Assembly (NCBI GenBank): GCA_039798705.1
Contig: JBDKFN010000002.1
Location: 32,290 to 96,289, forward strand
Origin: Bacteroidota bacterium
GTDB taxonomy: Bacteria > Bacteroidota > Bacteroidia > Sphingobacteriales > Sphingobacteriaceae
DNA: 64,000 nucleotides
Reading direction: 5' to 3'
Positions 57,214-64,000 of the stretch are shown here, piece after piece. The notes below the pieces were generated by a model that had not been told where the DNA came from, did no database searches, and saw nothing but the letters and a program-made list of their open reading frames with translations. Both the position numbers and the translations under genes were made by a program. The stretch's first letter is position 1. Each line of letters starts with the position of its first letter.

Positions 57214-57750
57214 TTAAAATTCGTTTTTATACATCATGCTTTCTACAGGCTTTACTGTTTTGCCATTGTATTTTGCATTGCCTTTGGTATTATACATTAC
57301 TTCTACATCGCCTTCTACCACAAAGTAGATCAATTGCCCTATAGGCATGCCATGGTATATTCTAACAGGTTGTGTGCTCGAGATTTCAAGTGTCCACGTA
57401 TTGCAAAAACCTACGTCGCCTTTCCCAGCTGTAGCATGTATGTCAATACCTAATCGTCCTGTGCTGGATTTACCTTCCAAAAATGGAACATGCGCGTGTG
57501 TTTCTGTATATTCCAAAGTAACCCCCAAATACAAAGTGTTTGGTTGCAATACAAATCCTTCTGGCGGAATTTCAAAATGTTCAATTTCATTGTGCTTTTT
57601 AGCATCTAAAACCCTGTCTTTGTATACAGCTAGGTATTTGCCTAAATGTACATCATAAGAATTCGTGCCTAAACATTTTTGATCGTAAGGCTCAATAACA
57701 ATTGTACCCTTCTCAATTTCTTCTAAAATTCTTTTATCCGATAAAATCAT
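57214..57750 (-). CDS. dcd: dCTP deaminase
   Basis: MILSDKRI N-terminus, GKSSTGRLGI, and LEISS...PIGQLIF pattern. Confidence 0.85.
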   Translation of the reverse strand: MILSDKRILEEIEKGTIVIEPYDQKCLGTNSYDVHLGKYLAVYKDRVLDAKKHNEIEHFEIPPEGFVLQPNTLYLGVTLEYTETHAHVPFLEGKSSTGRLGIDIHATAGKGDVGFCNTWTLEISSTQPVRIYHGMPIGQLIYFVVEGDVEVMYNTKGNAKYNGKTVKPVESMMYKNEF

Positions 57751-57762
57751 CGCGCGATTATT

Positions 57763-57770
57763 TACTTTTG
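57763..57770 (+). promoter_or_regulatory. Candidate -7 promoter box (TACTTTTG)
   Basis: TAnnTTTG match 40 nt upstream of the ATG at 57811, in the divergent dcd/PPTase spacer. Confidence 0.3.
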
Positions 57771-57810
57771 TCCTAAATTAATAATTTTTTTAAAATTCTG
57801 ATTCATAAAT

Positions 57811-58446
57811 ATGCCAATTGTTTGGTCGAGTAAATTTGCGGATAAAGGCGAAATAGCCATTTGGGAGATCTCGGAGTCGAACGAAACCTTATTGGCTATG
57901 CTGCAATTGAACAAGTCGGAACTTGACTATATTGAAAAGCTTAGCCCCGCAAGAAAAAGACAGTGGTTAGGCAGCAGGGTTTTATTAAGAACTTTGTTAC
58001 AAACAGAACAATACATCGAAATTAATATTGACGAACACCAAAAGCCATTTGTCAAAAACTCGAAATATGAAATCAGTATTTCTCATGCTTGCGACATGGC
58101 AGCTGTAATTATTTATGAAAATAAAAAAGTAGGCGTAGACATTGAAAAAATTACAGATCGCATTTCAAAAATTAAAAAACGTTTCTTGAGTGAAGATGAA
58201 CTATCATTCATTTCAGAAAAAGATGAACTAGCGCAATTATATGTTTGTTGGGGAATCAAAGAAACATTATTTAAGTTATACGGAAAAGGTGCTCTTCCTT
58301 TTATTGACGGTATAAAAATTGATAAATTTGATTATGAGTCTGCTGCTTCAGTTTCAGCATGCATAGACATTCCAGGCTTTCAAGAAAGTTATCAAATTAG
58401 TTTTTTAAAGCATAATGAGTATATGCTCACTTGGGCAATTGCTTAA
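57811..58446 (+). CDS. 4'-phosphopantetheinyl transferase superfamily protein (Sfp-like)
   Basis: VGVDIE and WGIKETLFK motifs. Confidence 0.75.
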   Translation: MPIVWSSKFADKGEIAIWEISESNETLLAMLQLNKSELDYIEKLSPARKRQWLGSRVLLRTLLQTEQYIEINIDEHQKPFVKNSKYEISISHACDMAAVIIYENKKVGVDIEKITDRISKIKKRFLSEDELSFISEKDELAQLYVCWGIKETLFKLYGKGALPFIDGIKIDKFDYESAASVSACIDIPGFQESYQISFLKHNEYMLTWAIA

Positions 58447-60387
58447 TTATTTTAAAATCACCAGACCAAGTTCTCTTTCAAAGAATTTAATTTGTTCACG
58501 CATGGCCATGTGTGTTTGCAAATACATGGTTGTTTCTTCTTCTGAAAGATTTTCTTTCAGTCGTTCCCCAATTTCAAAAAATAATTTTTTCGATTTATTT
58601 AAGCGCAAATGATTGAGTGCACTCTTCACCACTTTTTCTAATATCTTTTCTTCTTGAGGAATATAGATATCATGCTCTTTCCATCGTTCACTTAAATTGT
58701 GAGGCGAAGATAGTAGCGCTGCAGAAAGGGTTGCGACAATTTGATTCGAATGGTTACTAAAGAACGTTTGAGAAGGCACTACGCCATCTGCAATTGCTGC
58801 CTGAATAATGCCAAGTAATTGAATATATGGTTCGTTTACAAATGCCAATTGTTCTTGCTCAATTACTTGCAAAATATACGCTGCAATGCTTATTGATTGA
58901 GGCTTTCCAGCTTCGTCTGCTAAGGTGATGTTTTGATTGGCGTAATTAACCAAAATTCGAATCACTTCTTTTTCCTGCGAATCGTTTGGCCTATTTTCTT
59001 TAACAATTGGAGTAGCTTGAATTTCACTTTCAATTCCAATGGTGCTCAACTCTTCTTGGTTATTCGCTTTCTTAACTTTCTTTAAACTAAATTTATTTAG
59101 TTCGGAAAGCAATAAGCGCTCGTCCATGTCCATCAGCTTGCTGCATTCTTTTATAAATAATGAAGCCTTAATTGCATCTGGAATTTTTGCAATACTTTCT
59201 ACAATGTCTCTAATTAAATCTGCTTTTTTAATTGGATCGTTGTGCGTATCTGCTAATAATAAATTAGTTTTAAATACTATAAAGTCTGATTGTGTTTTTA
59301 AAACATATTCTTGAAAAGCAGTTCCACCAACCGAACGCACATAAGAATCCGGATCATGGCCATCAGGAAATAAAACAATTTTCACATTCAGGCCTTCTTC
59401 TAATATCATATCAATACCCCTTAAAGAGGCCTTGATCCCTGCAGGGTCACCATCATAGAGGATCGTAATATTTTTTGTAAAGCGTCCAATTAACCTAATT
59501 TGTTCAGTGGTTAACGAAGTGCCCGATGATGCGACGACGTTTTCAATGCCAGACTGATGCAAGGAAACAACATCGGTATAACCTTCCACTAAAAAACAAT
59601 TATCTAAATCTCTTATGGTTTTTTTAGCGAAATAAATTCCATAAAGCACATTGCTCTTGTGATAAATTTCACTCTCTGGCGAATTAACATATTTTGGGCT
59701 GTTAGGATTCGTTGCTAAAATTCTTCCGCCAAATGCAATTACCCTTCCGGTAATGTTATGTATAGGAAACATTACACGATTGCGAAACCTATCGTAAACA
59801 GATTTCTTTTCTTCGTGTAGAATACTTAATCCTGTTTCAATTAAATAGCGATCCTCGAATCCAGCTTCTTTAGCAGCTTCTGTTAAACCAGACCATTCTT
59901 GCGGACTAAAACCTAATTCGAATTTTTTTACAATGTCTTCCCTGAAAGCGCGCTCTTTAAAATAACTTAAACCAACGGTTTGGCCGTATTCAGTATTCCA
60001 TAGCGTATCAACAAAAAATTTCTTTGCAAAATCTGATGTCAACATTAAGCTTTCACGGTGATTATATTTTTCCCTATCCTCGTCAGAAATAGTTTCGTCT
60101 TCTTCAATAGCAATATTGTATTTTTTTGCTAGCTGCCTTAGCGCATCAGGATAGGTTAGTTTTTCGTGCTCCATGATAAAGTTCACGGAATTGCCTGCTT
60201 TACCGCAACCAAAACATTTATAAATGCCTTTGCTTGGTGAAACAGTAAACGAAGGTGTCTTTTCATTATGAAAAGGACAGTTGCCTAATAAATTCGCACC
60301 ACGCTTTTTTAAATTCACAAAATCGCCTACTACTTCTTCAATAGCGGCAATTTCAAAAATTTTGTCAATGGTCTCTTTGCGAATCAT
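58447..60387 (-). CDS. dnaG: DNA primase
   Basis: Zinc finger (CPFHNEKTPSFTVSP..YKCFGCG), TOPRIM (LVEGYTDV, YDGDPAG), 646 aa. Confidence 0.95.
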   Translation of the reverse strand: MIRKETIDKIFEIAAIEEVVGDFVNLKKRGANLLGNCPFHNEKTPSFTVSPSKGIYKCFGCGKAGNSVNFIMEHEKLTYPDALRQLAKKYNIAIEEDETISDEDREKYNHRESLMLTSDFAKKFFVDTLWNTEYGQTVGLSYFKERAFREDIVKKFELGFSPQEWSGLTEAAKEAGFEDRYLIETGLSILHEEKKSVYDRFRNRVMFPIHNITGRVIAFGGRILATNPNSPKYVNSPESEIYHKSNVLYGIYFAKKTIRDLDNCFLVEGYTDVVSLHQSGIENVVASSGTSLTTEQIRLIGRFTKNITILYDGDPAGIKASLRGIDMILEEGLNVKIVLFPDGHDPDSYVRSVGGTAFQEYVLKTQSDFIVFKTNLLLADTHNDPIKKADLIRDIVESIAKIPDAIKASLFIKECSKLMDMDERLLLSELNKFSLKKVKKANNQEELSTIGIESEIQATPIVKENRPNDSQEKEVIRILVNYANQNITLADEAGKPQSISIAAYILQVIEQEQLAFVNEPYIQLLGIIQAAIADGVVPSQTFFSNHSNQIVATLSAALLSSPHNLSERWKEHDIYIPQEEKILEKVVKSALNHLRLNKSKKLFFEIGERLKENLSEEETTMYLQTHMAMREQIKFFERELGLVILK

Positions 60388-61319
60388 TATTTAAATGAAT
60401 AGTGTTGAATGTCAAAGGTACAGATTTCTCTTTTTTTAAATGGTATATCCCAGTCACCATCATAAGAAATATGTGTCGGGACCAAGGTTTCTTCGTTTAA
60501 ATAAGTCATTTCTATGTTCATTTTAACATGAAAATCGAACGGAATGGAAGAATAGGTCATTTCAACGTAACGACCCAAAATATTCATGTTTTTGGCGTCA
60601 AATATGGTTGTCAGCTCTTGAATCATGGTTTCTCCTTGATTCCACCAGCTGATATTGTCTTTTAGTTTACATTTGAAATAATAAACAGGAATATTGCCTT
60701 GGTAGGTTGCATAGTAAAAACTGTTCTGGTAATATTTCGAAAGAGCTGGGCTAAATATTTCGGTTTTGTCACTAATTAGTGGCACTCCTTTTACAGCTTT
60801 TCCAGGTGTAAAAATTAAAGTTTTTAATTTTTCTTTATAACCCTCTTCGTCTGTTTCTTTTCTTGTTACTTTTTTATCAGCTAAAAAATCGGTATTATTT
60901 TCATTCATGAAAATATAGGAAAACATTTTAACTGTAAACAAATCAAAATCACCATTGTATTTAAAAACTTTCCCGCTATCAGTTTTCGATAATATTTCTT
61001 GATGGTATTTTAACCCTTCGTTTACATGTTTTATTTTTCGATAAATTTTAGCGATTTGTTTCTGGTCGTCATCGAATGTATTGATTTTATTTTCGGCAAT
61101 GAACGAGTATTTTTTCAATGCTCTAAAAGCCTCGTAAAACATAGTGTCTTTAAGCATTACACTTGTAAAGTCGTTGATTGACAATCCACGTTTTGCAGTT
61201 ACCGCCATAGCTGAATCAATATTAACAGAACGCAATGTATCTGAAAAAAAAGGTTTCTTGTTTTGTGAAAAAACATTTACCGAAAGCAGTAAAAAAATTA
61301 AGACAATTGTCTTTTTCAA
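60387..61319 (-). CDS. Hypothetical secreted protein, translationally coupled to dnaG
   Basis: Signal peptide (MKKTIVLIFLLLSVNVFSQ). No motif I recognise. TAATG stop/start overlap with dnaG. Confidence 0.5.
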   Translation of the reverse strand: MKKTIVLIFLLLSVNVFSQNKKPFFSDTLRSVNIDSAMAVTAKRGLSINDFTSVMLKDTMFYEAFRALKKYSFIAENKINTFDDDQKQIAKIYRKIKHVNEGLKYHQEILSKTDSGKVFKYNGDFDLFTVKMFSYIFMNENNTDFLADKKVTRKETDEEGYKEKLKTLIFTPGKAVKGVPLISDKTEIFSPALSKYYQNSFYYATYQGNIPVYYFKCKLKDNISWWNQGETMIQELTTIFDAKNMNILGRYVEMTYSSIPFDFHVKMNIEMTYLNEETLVPTHISYDGDWDIPFKKREICTFDIQHYSFK

Positions 61320-61335
61320 TTTTATATATGGCTAT

Positions 61336-61374
61336 AAACAACAAATTCTTGCGAATGGCAAGAATTTGTTGTTT
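61336..61374 (-). terminator. Strong hairpin terminator after pntB
   Basis: aaacaacaaattcttgc-gaatg-gcaagaatttgttgttt: 17-bp perfect stem with a 5-nt loop, 14 nt after the pntB stop. Confidence 0.7.
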
Positions 61375-61388
61375 GAATTATTTTTAAA

Positions 61389-62783
61389 CTACATTGTTTT
61401 TAATTCTGCGACTAAATCTGTTAGTGCTTTTTTCGCATCACCAAAAAACATGCTTGTTTTTGGGTTATAGAATAATAAGTTCTCAATGCCTGCGTAGCCG
61501 GCACTCATAGAGCGCTTGTTTACAATAATGTGTTTTGCTTTTTCTACATCTAAAATTGGCATACCATAAATTGGTGAGCTTGGGTCGGTTTTCGCTGCAG
61601 GGTTAACCACGTCGTTTGCGCCGACAACTAAAACCACATCTGTTTGTTCAAATTCAGAATTGATTTCTTCCATCTCAACCATTTTACCATAATCAACATT
61701 TGATTCTGCTAACAATACGTTCATGTGGCCAGGCATACGACCCGCAACTGGATGTATTGCGTATTTAACTTCTACGCCTCTTTCTTCTAATAATAATTCT
61801 AATTCATGGATAATATGTTGTGCTTGTGCAACTGCTAATCCATAACCTGGAACAATTACTACACGTTTAGAATAGTTCATTAAAACAGCAACGTCAGTAG
61901 TGGAAATATCTTTAATAGAACCTGCAACATCGGCGCCATCAGCAGCAGCAGCGCTACTTCCAAACGATCCAAAAATTACACTAAACAAAGAACGGTTCAT
62001 TGCTTTACACATTACAATTGTTAACAAGGTGCCCGCTGACCCTACTAATATACCACCTGTTAACATTACTTTATTGTCATAAAGAAATCCACCAAATGCT
62101 GCAGCTAAACCTGTAAAAGAATTTAACAATGAAATTACTACTGGCATGTCTGCACCACCAATTGGAATAACAAATAGAATTCCATAAAATAATGCAGATG
62201 CAAATAATAAATACAATAATGTGCTGCTATCCGATCCGCTCATTACCACATATGCTGCGAATGCAAATAAAGCAAACATAACAATGGTGTTGATGATATT
62301 ATATTTTGGCAAACGAATTGGTTTTGCCATTGCGCCATTTAATTTTAAATACGCAATGATACTTCCAGAGAAAGAAACACTACCTATGATCATTCCGGCA
62401 AGTACAGTAACCATGGTAGATGTTTGTCCAACGCTGTGATGAAATTCCATCAAACCTATTAAAGCAGCACACGCACCGCCCATCCCATTGAACATAGAAA
62501 CCAGTTCTGGCATTTTAGTCATTTGTACTTTTTTAGCAGTCAACCAGCCAATAATTGTTCCGGTTGCAATACCACCAAAAATTAAAATCATTTTAATATT
62601 ATCACGAGAAGTTAATCCTTCTTTTGTATAAAGAAAGATTGTGCCAATAATTGCAATGGTCATACCAGCGGCTGCAATTAAATTTCCCTGTCTTGCTTTT
62701 TTAGGATTACTCATCATCTTTAATCCAATAATAAAAGTAATGGAAGCGATGAGGTAAGCTATTTCTAATAAATATTGTGTCAT
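61389..62783 (-). CDS. pntB: NAD(P) transhydrogenase subunit beta
   Basis: Polytopic N-terminal domain plus C-terminal NADP(H) domain (VPGYGLAVAQAQH, HPVAGRMPGHMNVLLAE, GANDVVNP). The ATG at 62783 is preferred; the track start at 62858 overlaps pntAB. Confidence 0.9.
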   Translation of the reverse strand: MTQYLLEIAYLIASITFIIGLKMMSNPKKARQGNLIAAAGMTIAIIGTIFLYTKEGLTSRDNIKMILIFGGIATGTIIGWLTAKKVQMTKMPELVSMFNGMGGACAALIGLMEFHHSVGQTSTMVTVLAGMIIGSVSFSGSIIAYLKLNGAMAKPIRLPKYNIINTIVMFALFAFAAYVVMSGSDSSTLLYLLFASALFYGILFVIPIGGADMPVVISLLNSFTGLAAAFGGFLYDNKVMLTGGILVGSAGTLLTIVMCKAMNRSLFSVIFGSFGSSAAAADGADVAGSIKDISTTDVAVLMNYSKRVVIVPGYGLAVAQAQHIIHELELLLEERGVEVKYAIHPVAGRMPGHMNVLLAESNVDYGKMVEMEEINSEFEQTDVVLVVGANDVVNPAAKTDPSSPIYGMPILDVEKAKHIIVNKRSMSAGYAGIENLLFYNPKTSMFFGDAKKALTDLVAELKTM

Positions 62784-62799
62784 AAAATTTTCTTTAAGA

Positions 62800-63105
62800 T
62801 TATTTCTTTTTAAACATATCCAACATTCTGTCTGTAACAACAAAACCTCCCACCACATTTAACGTTCCTAAAATCACAGCAACTGTTCCTAATGTTAATG
62901 AAATGTAATTTGTAGCGTCGGTGTCTAGCATCACAATAATTGCTCCTACCACAACCACTCCATGAATGGCATTAGCGCCAGACATCAATGGGGTATGCAA
63001 TACAGAAGGCACATGCCCGATTACTTCTACTCCTACAAATACTGCTAATATGATAAAGTAAATCATCTCACGATGCGTACTTATGAATGATAATATCTGT
63101 TCCAT
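62800..63105 (-). CDS. pntAB: NAD(P) transhydrogenase subunit alpha part 2 (membrane part)
   Basis: About 100 aa with three TM helices (HTPLMSGANAIHG). The ATG at 63105 is preferred; it lies 7 nt after the pntAA stop. Confidence 0.8.
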   Translation of the reverse strand: MEQILSFISTHREMIYFIILAVFVGVEVIGHVPSVLHTPLMSGANAIHGVVVVGAIIVMLDTDATNYISLTLGTVAVILGTLNVVGGFVVTDRMLDMFKKK

Positions 63106-63112
63106 TTGTTTT

Positions 63113-64000
63113 TTATTTAATGATTGATGGATGAACTGCTGTGCCGTTGTGTACAATTAAAGAACCTTTGGTAATGTCTTCGTTTAGCTCCCAATTAAAT
63201 TGGTCTTTAGTAGATAAATGAACCAATAACGTTTGAATGTTTTTTGCATATAATTCGCTTGCATTCATTGGCAATAAACTTGGAATATTACTTTCTCCAA
63301 TAATGGTAACACCATTTTTTTGAATCGTTTTATTGAGCTCGCTGCCAACTACGTTTCCGCCTTGTTCAACTGCCATGTCTAAAATAACAGATCCGAATTT
63401 CATACTAGCTACCATTTCTTCAGTAACTAGTAATGGTGCTTTTTTACCAGGTATAAGTGCAGTAGTAATTACAATGTCAGCTTCTTTAATGTGTTTAGAA
63501 ACCAACTCTTGTTGCATTTTCAAAAACTCATCAGAAACACCTTTTACATACCCACCTTCCATTTTTATACTTTCATCGCTTTTTACTTCGATGAATTTGC
63601 CCCCTAAAGATTGAACTTGTTCTTTTGTTTCTGGACGAATGTCACTTACTTCTACAACAGCGCCTAATCTTTTTGCGGTTGCGATGGCTTGTAGGCCTGC
63701 TACTCCCGCGCCAAAAATTACCACCTTCGCAGGACGAATTGTTCCTGCCGCAGTAGTCATCATGGGTAAAATTTTTCCCATTTCATTTGCTGCCATTAAC
63801 ACCGCTTTATATCCAGCTAAATTTGCTTGCGAACTAAGCGCGTCCATTTTTTGAGCGCGTGATATACGGGGAACCGCATCCATAGAAAAAGCAGATATGC
63901 CAGCGTTAGTACATGCTGCTACTAATTCGGGGTTTGTTGCTGCCCACATAAATGAAATTAGAATTGCTTCTTTTTTCATGTTTGCAATTTCTGCTGCATT
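63113..64000 (-). CDS. pntAA: NAD(P) transhydrogenase subunit alpha part 1 (dI, NAD(H)-binding); the 5' end lies outside the window
   Basis: VVIFGAGVAGLQAIATAKRLGA Rossmann motif and alanine-dehydrogenase-like fold. The frame stays open upstream of the Met at 63979 to the window edge (NAAEIANMKKE...). Confidence 0.85.
   Translation of the reverse strand, partial: NAAEIANMKKEAILISFMWAATNPELVAACTNAGISAFSMDAVPRISRAQKMDALSSQANLAGYKAVLMAANEMGKILPMMTTAAGTIRPAKVVIFGAGVAGLQAIATAKRLGAVVEVSDIRPETKEQVQSLGGKFIEVKSDESIKMEGGYVKGVSDEFLKMQQELVSKHIKEADIVITTALIPGKKAPLLVTEEMVASMKFGSVILDMAVEQGGNVVGSELNKTIQKNGVTIIGESNIPSLLPMNASELYAKNIQTLLVHLSTKDQFNWELNEDITKGSLIVHNGTAVHPSIIK

Noticed and set aside
61144-61470. 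108-aa plus-strand ORF bridging the unknown gene, the pntB terminator hairpin and the pntB 3' end
   Set aside because: It runs through a 17-bp perfect hairpin and two convincing minus-strand genes, so it is not credible as coding.
1-64000. Search for tRNA, rRNA, CRISPR arrays, IS/transposase, integrase, phage, toxin-antitoxin or known defence genes
   Set aside because: None was seen. Coding density is very high, and only two spacers exceed 150 bp (11218-11428 and 42223-42399). Both look like promoter/leader regions rather than RNA genes or repeat arrays.

Overview
This is a dense, almost gap-free housekeeping segment from a low-GC Bacteroidota chromosome. The phylum call rests on a GldH gliding lipoprotein, a T9SS C-terminal sorting domain, an Alternative Complex III operon, TAnnTTTG-type -7 promoter boxes and no Shine-Dalgarno sites. 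I call 63 CDS, two of them truncated at the window edges. Main blocks: (i) porin-pstSCAB-phoU phosphate uptake operon (5.5-11.2 kb, minus strand). (ii) Envelope, Fe-S and replication genes: GT51 transglycosylase, mrp, nifU, def, ruvX, holB, ricT, gldH, an ECF sigma module, murF and typA. (iii) An 18-gene, 17.5-kb single-strand respiratory array (24.7-42.2 kb). It encodes ACIII (actABCDEF), aa3 oxidase (subunits II, I, two III, IV), haem A synthesis (ctaA, ctaB), SCO and DUF420, followed by three uncharacterised tail genes. (iv) Deoxyhypusine-synthase-like gene, membrane peroxiredoxin-like gene, AlgJ-like/MBOAT pair and recG. (v) Orphan parA, nif3, a COG1579 zinc-ribbon gene, an MFS transporter, a T9SS cyclophilin, dcd, a PPTase, dnaG and pntAA/AB/B. 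I see no rRNA, tRNA, CRISPR array, IS element, integrase, toxin-antitoxin pair or recognisable defence system. Only two intergenic gaps exceed 150 bp, so there is little room for hidden RNA genes. I could not identify a clear-cut novel system, and the region looks ordinary. The items most worth a second look are: a phased TGTTAAG direct-repeat array in the pst operon promoter; a PstS-like half-domain embedded in PstC; the uncharacterised tail genes of the respiratory array; a GT51 transglycosylase with a ~440-aa unknown N-terminal domain; a recG-coupled MBOAT/AlgJ-like pair with a variant catalytic motif; and a secreted unknown protein translationally coupled to dnaG. All functional calls rest on motifs read by eye, and no database search was run.
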